Assembly: GCA_002633005.1 (NCBI GenBank)
Contig: NMRA01000692.1
Location: forward strand, 73,933 to 137,932
DNA length: 64,000 bases
Reading direction: 5' to 3'
DNA from: Phoronis australis
Taxonomy: Eukaryota; Animalia; Phoronida
Below the pieces are notes generated by a model. That model made no database searches, was not told the origin of the DNA, and saw only the letters and a program-made list of their open reading frames with translations. The translations under genes were made by a program, and so were the position numbers. This document shows, piece after piece, positions 28,501 through 40,234 of this stretch (position 1 is its first letter; each line of letters starts with the position of its first letter).

Positions 28501-31500
28501 GTTGAGGAGTCCATATTGACACCCTTCAGACGGACAGGTGACATTGAATGCCAACTCCGACACGAGTTCACCAGTAGCATCACGTACAGCGACACTGCCA
28601 ACCAGCCAGCCAATCAGAAGGTAGGTCACAGTGGAAATCAAGATGGCCAACAACGTCCCCTTGGGTATCGCTGTCTGGGCGTTCTGTGAGAAACAGCGTT
28701 ACATGACTAACGTAAAGGGAGACAACTACACTTAATAAGTGCAAAACAATAAGTCAATAGGTCAAACAGAAGCTATGGGTACTACTGCCACCTATCTGTA
28801 GTTAGGAAAACTTCACAGTAAGTGCACGATGAGGACACCATTGACTTAACAAAAAGAACACAATCGTGATGAGGAGTGACATTATTTTTATGTTTTACTC
28901 CAAAAACAGTACTTCTCACAGCAAGAGAAACCATAGAGCCGTTGTGTAGTCATCGGTCACTCGGTTAAATGCAAACCAACTTGCACCAATGTAAGCCAAA
29001 TCTAAGTACAAAAAATGAATTAAATCCCGTTTGATTTGCCAGATAAAAAGATATCTTAAAGCAGATATCTCCCAACTCAAGCCCGAGACTTATTTCACCT
29101 AATTTCACATCAAATGAACTCGAGATAAGGATTCTTGAACTTGAGTTAAGGCACATAATAGTTTTCCCAGACGGATGAGAACACGAATGTACAAGCCGAA
29201 TCAAGATGGAACTTTTCTGAGCATGGCACAGATCTTCAGACCACATGTGGTTAGGGTTATGTACTGTTTTAACCAGAAGTTTGTGAATTTAGCCAAATAA
29301 ACAAGATCGTTGAACTTCATTTTATTTCAATTGGTAAAATCATATTTTCTGAGGAAGTGAATCTCTTATACCATCCGATGTCTAAGTAAAATTATTAACC
29401 AAAAAAAAATTAAAAAATCACAACAAAACAACACCGACCACGTTTTGTTTGTTATAAAACAATGTTCAAGATGAAGTCTCAAAAAAGCTGTTACAATTTT
29501 CACAGTTACTTTTTTTATTTCATTTTATGCAACTTTTCCTTGTGTTTGAAAGGCCTTTCAGCCCGAGAGCTCATCCGTCAAAAATCAAGACATCGTCTTC
29601 ATGAAACGGTGACATTTCCATTGTTGACAACTTAATTCTCTGCGTATGAGGCCTTAAAAAGACACACTTAATGTGCAGCTATTAGAAAAAACAAGCTAAA
29701 TTTGCAAGTTAAATGAAAAATCAGGCTTGGAGAAATTATATCAGTCAACATAAAAATCGACATTTTTTATACAAGAACACAGTTATATGATTACAAACAT
29801 CTGAGCATTTATGAAAGACTCTAATCATCAAGTACATTCAAAATATCTAAGTTTAATGGATTTACTAATGATAATTGAGGTAGCCTATTTATAAATTCGA
29901 GTGTTTTCGTCATAAAGTAAAAAATAATACAGGTCCTACATACTGAAAAGAAAACAAACGAGTATCCTTAAACTGCATATTAATCACGATGACTTGTTTC
30001 TCAAGTGCTTAAGGTCAAATGAGGAGCATTCAATAAGCAGTTATTTCAATCAAAAGTGCCGATCCCCATGATGCCAGTGCAGTTTGTTAAGATTAGTGGC
30101 AATGTTTTTAACAATTTGATAAGTACGCATACGTAGACGAATGGAATTAGCATTGTCAGAAATTGTTCAATTGTTGACCTTTAAAATGACTTGCGTACCA
30201 ATTAAGACTAAGATCAATGGAATTATCACTTAAATTATCTCGTACATGTCACTGATGATATCCGAATAATTACCAGTTAAGTTATCTCGCACACGTCACT
30301 AATGTCATCCGCATAATTATCAGTTAATAATCATTTTTACACCTAATGATAAGACGATGTATAGTTCAAAAACCAAAACCAAGATCATGGACGACGTAAA
30401 AGAAAGCTTGGACTGTCATTTGAAACTTGGCGCGCACCGAGGCTATGAGTACTTCGTGAATAGACTTGTACACAGATCCCAATAGACAAAATCATCTGAT
30501 ATCATAGGTGTTAATCTAGCTTCCCTTGTGTCGAGCAGAGCAATAACCCCAATAGTGATGCTTAGGGGCGGCAACTTGAATTATTCCAACTATAGTAGAC
30601 TAAAATTGGTGGCTTTTTCGATTTGTTTAACCTATAAATTTGAATTATCATTGAAAGTTATGTTGAACTCATTTTTTGAAGAGATGTAATAAAAATTAGA
30701 CAAAAATAATAAGGTAATAACCTTAAATTTCATACCCGGAGACCAATAGTTGCACTGGGATTTGGTAACCAGGGTACATTGTTGCTTAGGAATATAACAA
30801 AAGATCACCAGATTGTTTCTCAAAAGACTATCTTGTAATCTTATCTCGTCTGGACTTGAAACTGTACAAGGAATTATTGCAATTGGTCAAAAAAAGTATG
30901 TGAAGAAAAATCAAAAAGGTTCTGGAATAATACTGCCTTTTCGACAAGTAATGCATGAAGTTACCTATAGTATCAATAAGACAGTTTATAACATTGGTAT
31001 CAACAACAGTACAAGATGACCCTTGACCTATGACCATACCTCCAAATCCCCTGATATGTTGGCACCAGCCAGTATCCCAGTGGCTGCTGGGAAAAATAAT
31101 GCGAACACGGAGAAGAAGGTCTCACCCTCAGGGTAGGACGGGCCGAAGTTCTGGATGAAGATCTCTCCTGAAATCATCATTTCGAGAAAACTTTCACAAA
31201 GGCTATAAACAAAGCAGTTTAAATTGACAAGACTGGTTTTATGGATGAGCAAGGCATTTTTGGGATTATCGTTCATGGGATAGATAGACCGGCAGCCCAG
31301 AGCACTTAGCATAGATGAACGNTCGCCAAATTTCAGCTCGAGTGTTTTGACATACATGCTGCTAGAACCCAGGTCCATTCGCAACAAAATTATCCATAAA
31401 ATGAAATCTGATGACGGCGCCAAGTCGTTTCGATGAATTAGTGCAGACGACTAAAGCACGTGCAAACTCACTGCAGTTTTTAGTATCACTTAGGCTTCTT

Positions 31501-32347
31501 GATATGACACCCACACGTGCGCGGTAGAGATTTGACTTGAGTTTAAAAACAAACGAAAAAATGGAACAGTGACATATTGTCAGTTCAATGAGATGGTGTC
31601 ATTGTGGAAAAAGATTTTATTTTCAACTTTTATAACCGATTTATGCGATCGTCCATTTTAGGCCGACTTGGGGGTCTAAATTGCACCCTCTCTCGGTGAA
31701 ATCAAAACGAGGCAACGCTGTAAAAAACGAGACGGTGCCGGACATTGAATGCATTACAACGAAACAAAAATTGATGTCATTTAATTCTCAGATTATGCTT
31801 CAAGTAAGATTCTATGAAATGTCCGATATTTAGGTTCCGTCCGATAATTAGGTACACTATGTGTAGAGCTAGCTGTATGAAGACTGTTGTCAAAATACAT
31901 TTAGCTGTATATTTACATACAGCTTTGTACCAAGGCTATGTCTAGGGGTACCCCAGGCTTCTCGCCTCTGCCGTCCAGTTAGGAAACTTGACATCCAGGG
32001 ACCTCAATACCCAACCAGTGTCGAAAAGATGAGTGGTAATAAGCGCCCGTGAATTCATGATCAATTTAAGAGACGTGCCAACGGCAACGGGAACTGAACT
32101 GATTTGAGTTGGAATTTTTAACAAAATCATGACTGGAAACTTAAACAAATAGGACAGAAAGCTTGGCTGTAGTACGGAACAATCAACACCGAAGGCTATT
32201 AGATTCGCAAGCCACCAGATAAATGCAAGGCGACAACATATGTTGTTTATCAACAAAAAGAAAACAGTCGGCGCACAAGTGAATCACGACACGTCCCGAA
32301 ACGAAGTGACAGAAATTTAACCTACCCTTTTTCCTTCCTTTAGGCAT
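7543..32347 (-). CDS. IFRD: Interferon-related developmental regulator (IFRD1/IFRD2 family), complete, 12 coding exons, 429 aa
   Basis: Exons in transcript order: 32347-32326 (MPKGRKK), 23403-23278, 22602-22518, 21709-21629, 20723-20522, 19011-18961, 18615-18437, 17382-17274, 14957-14823, 9338-9210, 8738-8652, 7626-7543. Total 1290 nt, all GT-AG, phases consistent. Family motifs: [89 protein letters not shown]. Confidence 0.93.
9622..14154 (-). mobile_element. Degenerate TIR DNA transposon, Sola3-like, in an IFRD intron
   Basis: TTAA (9618-9621)|GTACTAGTCCACG...CGTGGACTAATAC|TTAA (14155-14158), with imperfect inverted repeats of about 70 bp sharing gcggcaaggtgggggtca. Minus-strand coding relics: about 13365-12933 (CPNHRY...IYWRR...HPVH, ending at a GT donor) and 12501 to about 12230 (KAYAEE...KGWVWKSS...[10 protein letters not shown]), resembling the N- and C-termini of Sola3-type transposases as I recall them. 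No catalytic core seen. Confidence 0.65.
14349..14575. repeat. Minisatellite, 39-bp unit, about 6 copies
   Basis: tactacaacatgccaaaactcctgtctacgagtggtgcg repeated. Confidence 0.95.
15486..17101 (-). mobile_element. DINE-1/Helentron-like non-autonomous element (HINE) with internal duplications (strand by DINE-1 convention)
   Basis: One end caagagcaac; other end has the hairpin atgcgtccacatataaatatgtgggcgcat plus an A-run, next to a GGAC/GGAT microsatellite-like stretch. A second hairpin copy lies at about 16760-16792. An internal block of about 450 bp is duplicated. Related copies occur elsewhere in the window. Confidence 0.7.
19071..20078 (-). mobile_element. HINE/DINE-1-like element, same family as 15486-17101
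   Basis: Starts caagagcaacg, ends with a degenerate hairpin atgcacccccatattaatatgtgggttcat; shares the internal ccactag(g/a)(t/g)ggc repeats. Confidence 0.65.
21254..21455. repeat. Minisatellite, 33-bp unit, about 6 copies
   Basis: tgagg(t/g)cagtgcaagtcagaataccatcacatg repeated. Confidence 0.95.
22175..22385. repeat. Minisatellite, 49-bp unit, at least 4 copies running into the assembly gap
   Basis: accacacactacaggtggcagggttgtggagtagNNNtatagccagaag repeated. Confidence 0.95.
23930..25380 (-). mobile_element. 5'-truncated non-LTR retrotransposon (CR1/L2-group-like), degraded ORF2 C-terminus
   Basis: Minus-strand peptides [20 protein letters not shown] and [16 protein letters not shown] (C-terminal CCHC), then AATAAA and an A-tail at about 23930-23947. 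Frameshifted. 5' limit approximate (DMQRLSE...LKFKPEK). Confidence 0.85.
25847..26000. mobile_element. Short MITE, PIF/Harbinger-like termini
   Basis: Inverted ends taggggaggatccagg ... cctggatccgccta around about 120 bp of non-coding DNA. Confidence 0.5.
26556..27882 (-). mobile_element. 5'-truncated LINE, second copy of the 23930-25380 family, with 57-bp flanking direct repeats
   Basis: ORF 27112-27747 (HIDYCDIIY...[15 protein letters not shown]...[10 protein letters not shown]) is an RT thumb/C-terminal region. Direct repeats at 26499-26555 and 27883-27939 differ at 2 positions. Confidence 0.9.
28492..31167 (-). CDS. SLC12A2: Two internal exons of an SLC12 (NKCC/NCC-type) cation-chloride cotransporter; rest of gene absent
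   Basis: Exon 31167-31040 ([11 protein letters not shown]...[26 protein letters not shown]) splices in phase 0 to exon 28683-28492 ([18 protein letters not shown]...VRDATG...[10 protein letters not shown]). Both are open with canonical splice sites. The paralog label is approximate. Confidence 0.85.
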
Positions 32348-32499
32348 TTTTATGCTGTAAATCCTCTATGGTAACTGGAATAAGTGTCACGAAGGTATAT
32401 CGCAAAAGGCTTTACAATCAATTAAACAAAAGGAGATAAAATTAGTTACAATATTGTTGACCTCAATGGGCATCATGCCGAAGTGACTTATGAACATGC

Positions 32500-32725
32500 G
32501 CCCAATCTCGTTCAGCCCGTGACGGATTGAATGACGTCACAAGGTGAGACTGAGGTGAATGTTGCTGATGAATGAATATAATTAGTTAGACATTAGGATA
32601 TGGCTCCTTAGTACCACCAATTAAACTGAATATCCAATGAATTAAAAAAAAACAAATGCATGACTTGATAAAAGGTCCAGTCGTAATTGTACAGCTTCCG
32701 AATCAAACCGCTAGGTGGTGCACAT
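32500..32725. promoter_or_regulatory. Putative IFRD proximal promoter: CCAAT, palindromic CRE, CTCF-like motif
   Basis: CCAAT 32502-32506, TGACGTCA 32532-32539, CCGCTAGGTGGTGC 32708-32721, all within 400 bp upstream of the IFRD ATG. Motif matches only. Confidence 0.4.
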
Positions 32726-33457
32726 TGAATTACGGCGCGTTATGAATTTTTGAAATATACTTTGTACTGCCAAAAAGTATTGACTTAAAGAAAATATAAG
32801 CAAAAAAGTGGCAAATTTTTGGTTTTAATTACGAATTTTAAACTTATAAGTTTTGCGACACTACATGTTTTTACGTAAGCTTTCAACCAATTAGGAGTGG
32901 GAATTGTTAGCCACGTGATATTCAAATTTAAAGAGGCAAATACATCAGTAACCAGTCTCTGTATACCTATTCGTCTTTGGTAGACCAGCACCAAGAGAAG
33001 GTACTCCATTCTCAACTCTAAGGTATTTTGCATATAAACGTCAACATCACTAGTCCTTGACCTTTGCTATTTTGTTATTGGCCAGTTTTGCGGTTCCCTG
33101 GAGAGTTAGCTGGGGCCTATGCTGCTGCTGGTGTTAAAAGCACTTGCTACTGCTAGTGCCCAGTAGTTCTGGACTCTTTTCGAACTACCAAGGAACGTGC
33201 AATTTACATGGTAGGCAATTGTACTTGTGTGTTCCGACCCCAACGGGGAAGTGTTTTGTTTTAACAGTTAGCAATATTATGGGTTATTACAATGTTTACA
33301 ATCTGTCTCGTTCGGTTATTCTTCGAGCAGTCTCTATTTCAGTTCCCGAAAATTGTGAACTCACCACTTTTTCACTTGGCACATGCCAAGAGATATGACC
33401 TCATTTTTTTAACCAGGCCAAAGGTCAGAAGTTGTGGTCCTACCGGCGAACTTTGAA

Positions 33458-34961
33458 AGCTGAAGTCCCCGCCCTCTGCGTACGTGCTGCCGGGAACCAG
33501 CCGTGCATTTGCCATGTTGTTAAACATTAAAATCTTAAATATGTGCACAAAGACTATTAAATGTCACATCAACAACATTTATTTTTGACAAATACAAACA
33601 ATACTTCATTGAAATTAAATCAGTTTCAAGTAACGCCAATTAAAAACAAGTTGTGGTGGCATTTTGGAAACGAACATTTGGACCGCAATGGCTCACCTTT
33701 GGCCTATTTAAAGATTGAGGTCATGAAGTCACATCACCTAGCGAGTGTGGTAAAAATTGGAGCGTGTGCAGCATAAAAATGGTGACTTTTTTTGGGAGGC
33801 AAGAGTTTCGCGCCAATTTCTTTTCATTATAGTCTGACTGTGAGGGCTGTCAGTTCAGTCATTGTTCTACCTCGGTTGTGATAAGTTCGGTTGTTGTTTG
33901 CTGTTGTTTACGTGTCAGTCAACATGCCACGCTGCTGCTGCGTGCCGGGATGTACTCATTATCGTCTCACACGCGCTTTGGGTACCTTGCATCGCTTTCC
34001 GAAGGATGACACACTTCGCCGTGTTTGGCTAGCTCGTTCATGTGAAGAACGCAGCGCTACCCGTTCACGCAACGTACAAAGCAGTGGAGGGTTACCGAGT
34101 GAGTGGCAAGCATTTTCTGCCGTTAGATTACGACAGAGACATGTACGCTGAATTGATGAAGGTCCCTGCGAAACAACGCCTGAAGAAGAGTACCATACCG
34201 TCGCTGTTGATTCCCGGCAGTGCCCCGTCGCCAACCCCGAGAAGTGCATTTTTGAAGCGAGAAGCCTCGCGAGCTGTGGCCACTACAGTGACTGGAGGCA
34301 CTTCATCTACAGTCACCCGTGCCTCCGAACGTACCCCATTGCGTGCAATTCCAGGAACTAGCAGTGATTCACCCTAAGCTGTTGTCTTTAGCCCAGAGCC
34401 TGTAAGCAGCCCTGCAGCGATGTTGAGTAGTGGGTGTGAATACAGGCCCAATTTGACACCCAGTGAAGAGGACAGTTCTCTCATCCAATGAACAGATCGG
34501 TGGACTTGTATTAGAGCTGTTTAGAAGGTGCCAGGTGTGTGGCAAGGGAGTCACACGGCGGGATCTAAGAAGTTTGGGTGCTCAGATCACCCTCCAGTAG
34601 GAGTGTGTTGCGGGACACTCGGGAAATTGGGACAGTTCTTCCTCTGTACGTGAGACGAAAATGAGTACACCCCAGTACGCAGCAACAGCGTGGCATGTTG
34701 ACTGACTCGTAAGCAAAAGCAAACTATGACCGAACTTATCACAATGGAGGTAGAACAATGACTGACTCGACTGCTCTCACAGTCAGACTATATGAAAAGA
34801 AATTGGCGCGAAATTCTTGCCTCCCAAAACGTCACTTCCGGAGTAGACGACAAGTAATTAATTAAATTACGAAAAGCAGTAAATAAGTGAAAAACATGTC
34901 TGGGGTAATCAACGAACCTCATTTTTGCTAAAAATGACATTAAAAAAGGTTGCCTTCGCCT
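33458..34961 (+). mobile_element. Kolobok-type DNA transposon derivative with disrupted THAP-transposase 5' region and an inverted 5' arm
   Basis: ATG at 33924: MPRCCCVPGC...LHRFPKDDTLRRVWL, frameshift, then YRVSGKHF...LKKSTIPSL (THAP). About 34505-34645 gives LELFRRCQVCG...ECVAGHSGNWDSS, typical of Kolobok transposases. Right end CTTCGCCT|TTAA (34962-34965). The left end is uncertain (degenerate). Confidence 0.75.
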
Positions 34962-35116
34962 TTAAAGAACCTGTTGTTAGATTTTCAACATGTCTGTTTG
35001 GTGCCGGTGATTTAGATTTTGGGAATGTTGGGGCTGTAGAACATGTATAGGTACTGAGATAACAAAGCCTATGTGCTGTACTCTTGCCTGTTCCATTAGT
35101 AAGGAGAAGAATTTAA

Positions 35117-36958
35117 AGGAGAATGCCACGCGATTTATTTAGTCTTTGTTACCATATTAATCGGTCTATATCCACATCACCTCTTATACGGTCGACCTCA
35201 CCTTGCCGAGAGGTGTCTCATTAACCTGTGAGGAAGGTGAGAAACGACGAAGCGATGTCAGTGGTTCGTCTGCAGAGTTAATGCCGCTATATTGTGGTGC
35301 ATCGTTCCCCGGCGCTTGTCCGAACTATGAAGCCATGAAGAAAGCGGGTATATCATTTTTTCGACTTCCTCGAGAGCCCGAAATGCTTAGGAAGTGGCTC
35401 GCGGTAGTGAAGAATGAAAGGTACGCTGTTAATAGCAAGTATAAGGTCATGAAACATCTCCATGTCTGTGGCCGGCATTTCGTCGACTGTGATTTCTCTG
35501 AAGAATTCCGGCTTACCAAAGAACTATCCATACGTTCCGTTGTCTGTGCATGTTCATGGCGCCTGTCTGGTATTTCTTGATCAGTGTATTCCGGTTCGAA
35601 CTGGTAGCCTGTGAAACCTAACGATCCGACCCGTGAAGTCTTTGTCGGATGAGCTCTTGACTAAGTCGGGATCAGTGGCGCCAGTCGAGTTGCCATGTAT
35701 TCTGCGTTCTGTTTCAAAATGAATTATTCTCATCTTAACCAATGCTTATATAAAAGTGAAACAAAGCCTGTCTCATTAGATACAATTTGTAATGCCTTTG
35801 CAGTTTTCGTGAGTGCAAATGTTGAGAAGCCAGCAATAAATAAACCACTGCGTTACGGGCTTTTGATGCTGACAATGAATAAAGGTAATTGACCGCATGC
35901 TAATTCAGTGTTTGTTGACAGAAAGCTCCTGTGAAACAATTACTCGATTTTATATGCTATGGTCACATGTTAGGGAAATCTTTATTTAGAAATACAAATA
36001 CATTATTCAAATCATTATTAATGTACAACCTTTGCCCTGACGGTCTGTGGAAGGGGAACCCCGACAAGTAAGTAAGTAGATTTTCAGTTTCGTGGCTAAT
36101 TTACGTAGATAATTACGTGCACATTATTTCTTTGGCTCACTATTATCAGTGTTGTAGTGGGGCGTAGGCGCAGCCAACCACCTTTTGGCATTTGAACTTA
36201 GCGCCTACGCACCGAAAGTTTCGTTCAGTGCTCAAGGTGATACGGTGGGCTTTCGGCGCCTACTTACCTCTACTTTTACCACTGCAGCACTGACTATTAT
36301 AGTCTTTTCGTGACTGGAGGTTTAGTTTACGACTCAAGCTGGTTTATGTTCGTGCCAGTCCCGGCGGCCGCGATGGGCCTGATTGGGTTCCAAGCCACTG
36401 GCCAGGATAACGAGTCAATCTGGTGCGCCGCTACGTGCCTGATCGGATTCCAAGCCACTGGCCGGTATAACCACCGTTTTGTGTGTTTCGAACTCAAAAA
36501 GTCTAAACAACACAGATCTAGGTTCTCTTGTCTGTATTTCACGGAAGAATACTTCGAATTTATCTCCGAACAGACCCCAAACTCCTGTTACGGACCTTGG
36601 TAAATTAGCCTGCCGAACTTTGTAGGCTACGGTGTGTCCAAACACCAATAAATCCGTAACAGCGAAGTAAAACAACACATTTTTATAAGAACTAGGTGTA
36701 TTTTTAAGGGTTTTACATCGAAGTATGGTGATTTATTGGTGTTAAACGATGAATGCAAGCGATAAGCCGACACCAGTAACCCGTGTTGTGAACTGCTGAA
36801 CAGACTGCGTGTGAAACCAGTGACGTCATTGGATAATTTCAACACTTCCGTCTGCCGTCAGGTGTCAGGTTTACGCAACCGTACGTGCCGTTATGGAGTA
36901 GAACTACTGGATCTAAATTGATACAAAATAGGTTGTTTTTTTTGGGTGGCATTCTCCT
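35117..36958 (+). mobile_element. Kolobok-type non-autonomous element (internal deletion), THAP on + and KolX-like relic on -
   Basis: TTAA|AGGAGAATGCCAC...GTGGCATTCTCCT|TTAA: perfect 13-bp TIR and TTAA duplication. THAP ORF from 35281 (MPLYCGA...C...ISFFRLP...KWLAVV...HVCGRHF...DF). Convergent minus-strand relic 35696 to about 35525 (GYQFEPEYTDQEI...ERMDS, one in-frame stop). Confidence 0.85.
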
Positions 36959-37430
36959 TTAAAGACATTGTTAAATGCGGGACTGGTGTAATTGTCCCCT
37001 GTATGAGTGACTGAATTGTGAACAGTGTCACCCAAATATATCCATTGCTAGTTAGCATTAATGGAAGAATGTAAAGATCCTGTGGCTGACACTGTTTAGT
37101 TCAGGAAGTTAGATCCAAACTCTATACTAACTAGTAGACAACTCAACATCTGAGAGGAAGGTCGTACGTAAGCAAATTGATGTTTGTTCCTATGCCTACT
37201 CGTTTATATACTGATTGCCAGATACATTTTTCAAATTAAACATTGACCAGAGCAAAAGCAGTTTCAAAGTTACTTGGGGTTTGTTTATTAACTAATTTGA
37301 AAAATTGACTGTGCCCTTTAAATATGAAATCACAGGCTCCAAAAACTTTTCAGTGGGGTGATGCACTACAATTCTTTTGATTGAAGGTGGCTTTAACAAA
37401 TAGCTCCTGTTCTGGCTTTGTGAGGTAAAG

Positions 37431-37980
37431 ACAAGAGCAACATGAAGCATTGAAATTAGTCCTCAACAGCACTGCAAATGTTTGTTTTTATAGTACCATA
37501 AAATTGGCCATTAGATGCTACAGAATATACAATATATATACTACACACATATATATAAGCCAAACTTGTCCAAAATTGGGAAGGTGGTGCGGTCTCTTAA
37601 CACAACTACTAGTATAAATTTGCCAAATTTCAAGAAAATAAGCCAAGGAATTTCAAAGAGGCTAGTGTATAAAATAAAATTGACACCAGGGGGCACATCT
37701 ACATAATTCCAATTGGTCTGAATCTCATCATCTGTTGCCATCTCCATGGCAGCACATTTACAAAATTTCACAAATATCCTTTTAAGGATGAAGGAGATAT
37801 AGTCGCGAACACAAAGACACTAGGAGGCACCAGGGTATTCAAGCCCATCTGGAAATCAAATGTTGACTACTACAGCTTTTTATTAGGAACACAATTGCCA
37901 ATTTTCAAAATAATCCTTTGGCAGTTTCTGACATAGATAGGGGAACAACAAGGTGTGATTAAAATTGTTAAAATGGCCAC
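37431..37980 (-). mobile_element. Truncated HINE/DINE-1-like copy
   Basis: Starts acaagagcaac and shares internal blocks (ggccattagatg, caccagggggcac, ctaggaggcacca) with 15486-17101. Confidence 0.55.
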
Positions 37981-39117
37981 CGTTTCTTCCATCAAATGTT
38001 GCACGTCTTTTCTCATGTGCAGCAATTCTCTTCTTACACCAATTCTTTTCTCATGATAAAAAGTATAGTTTAGATTTGATGCTTGCTTTGCACCAAGCAC
38101 GTCTTCCACATGAGTGTCAGTAGACCTGTTGGTGTAAAAACTTTGATTATTTAATGAAAAAAGTACTGGCTTTTTAAGACCTAATGTTGCAGGCCATGAG
38201 AAAAGAGCTGCAGCTGGCAAGAAGAGAATTCCAATAATCAGGAATTGAAAGATCACTATGATGGTGGTCTTAATAATAACGCGTCAGTATCATGTCAATC
38301 TGTGTATTTAAGTCTGTTGACTGTATGATGGTTATCTGCTAAAACAGAAAGACTCATGAATCCGTTAATCCTATGTACTGTCACTAAAATAAAATTGCTC
38401 AAATCTGTACTATAGAGGTAACAATGGAATGCACCATAGTCTACAAACATTATAGTAACTAGACCAGAAGAATTTTACAATGTCGCAGCAGCGATTGGAG
38501 CCAACACAAGAGGTAATTCAAGGATATGCTTTGTATTCGGCCATTTGTTTCTGGGTAAGCTGGCCTTGACAAGCACAACGACTGAAACAAATATTTTGTT
38601 TTCTCAATGTCCACATCTGGCGAGCTTGTAATGACAAAAGATATTCTTTTCTCTGTCATGTCTAAAACATGTCGGCCAAGTACTGGGTTCATCTCCAACA
38701 TTTAGTCATGTTTACATGGTGCTGGAATTGTCCTGGTGGAGGTACAATAACTTAATATTAACATTAAATCATAAGTTTTTTGTCGTACATGTACATCTCT
38801 AGTATGAACGTGCATAATTGCACAAGAAATCTTGTGGTTCTGTCGTTCACCTGGCGTAGAAATGCGTTTGAATAGACACTGTGTTTTAATTTCAATGCTG
38901 TGTTCTGGTGTTCCGTCTTCCATCTAGAATTTCGGGCAGCAGGAATCTTTCGCTCGACATATTGTTTTATGTTTCTGCAGACCTGTTATCACCTGCATTA
39001 CCAGCCGTAGTTGAGAGCTGGTCAGACTCAAAAGCTTGATAGTAATAGTTGGAGTTGCCCTAAATTCACCACCTCTTTATAGTAATAGTGGGAGTTGCCC
39101 AGCTTAGCACCTATTTG

Positions 39118-39285
39118 TTATGCGCCCACATATTTATATGTGGACGTATTATGCCGTTATCTCCGTCCGTCCGTCCTGCGTCCGCTGCTCTATCTCCAAA
39201 ACCGATTGACATATGTTCATGAAATTTTACAGGTGTTCCTTTCATGAATGGGACGGCATGAGCGAACATTCTACCTTGCCAAAAT
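39118..39285 (+). mobile_element. HINE/DINE-1-like terminal fragment
   Basis: Hairpin atgcgcccacatatttatatgtggacgtat followed by (GTCC)n; reverse complement of about 16960-17097. Confidence 0.65.
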
Positions 39286-39852
39286 GGGAAAGTTGCATAT
39301 GTGCTGTGAGCCTGTGGGAACTGTGCTTGTGGTTAATGGGAGATCACACAACCGCTGTTGTAACTACTATATCCATAATGATAATAATCAAACATAATGC
39401 CCTCACCTGGTATGCCTACACCTCATCGGTCATCACAACCTCCGTTGTCAGTTTCAACTCCTCTTGGGTTTTCCTGCAATGTCACATCGGGGGAGCTGGT
39501 GTCCATCAAATCAAAAGCTTGTTCGCTATAAGTTTCATTGAAGGAACATTAAAAAGGCGAAATCTTTTTTGTTCTGGAAATATGGTCGACAGGAAGTACC
39601 ACGGTGCGTCAAACTTTGCTTGCCCTGTGCACTGGAATATATTAAAGTTTTACTAAAATATAAATCCTTCAAATGAATCAAGAACAAATTTCAATTACTA
39701 CTCATCACTAACTTGCATTATGACAAACACATGTGTTTTTCATTACATTATTTCTACTGACCTTGTCTTTAATAATTTTTTGCTCGTTTAATTACATTTA
39801 ACGTGGATAAAGTTTCATCCATATATCTTGGATCCTCATGGATGCCATAGAT

Positions 39853-40138
39853 TGCGTGTCACACTGTCCTGCCATATTGTGCGGATTCTTGAATATCATA
39901 GTAGCGTTTGTCACACTGTCCTGGCATATTGTGCTTACACATGAATATCGTAGTGTGTGTCACACTGTCCTCCATATTGTGCAGATTCTTGAATATCATA
40001 GTAGCGTTTGTCACACTGTCCTGGCATATTGTGCTTACACATGAATATCGTAGTGTGTGTCACACTGTCCTCCATATTGTGCGGATTCTTGAATATCATA
40101 GTAGCGTTTGTCACACTGTCCTGGCATATTGTGCATAT
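39853..40138. repeat. Minisatellite, about 50-bp monomers organised as a 100-bp dimer
   Basis: gtagcgtttgtcacactgtcc recurs at 39901, 40001 and 40101, alternating with a variant monomer. Confidence 0.95.
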
Positions 40139-40234
40139 ATATGTATATGCCCTAGTGTGTGCTGAATATTGCCTTTATCTTTCATGAAAGGCACATATTG
40201 TTTAAACTGCTTCTTAATTTCAACAAAGTTAAAG

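Noticed and set aside
28492-32347. IFRD-SLC12 fusion protein
   Set aside because: Phases are incompatible with IFRD exon 2 and the block is bounded by single-N joins.
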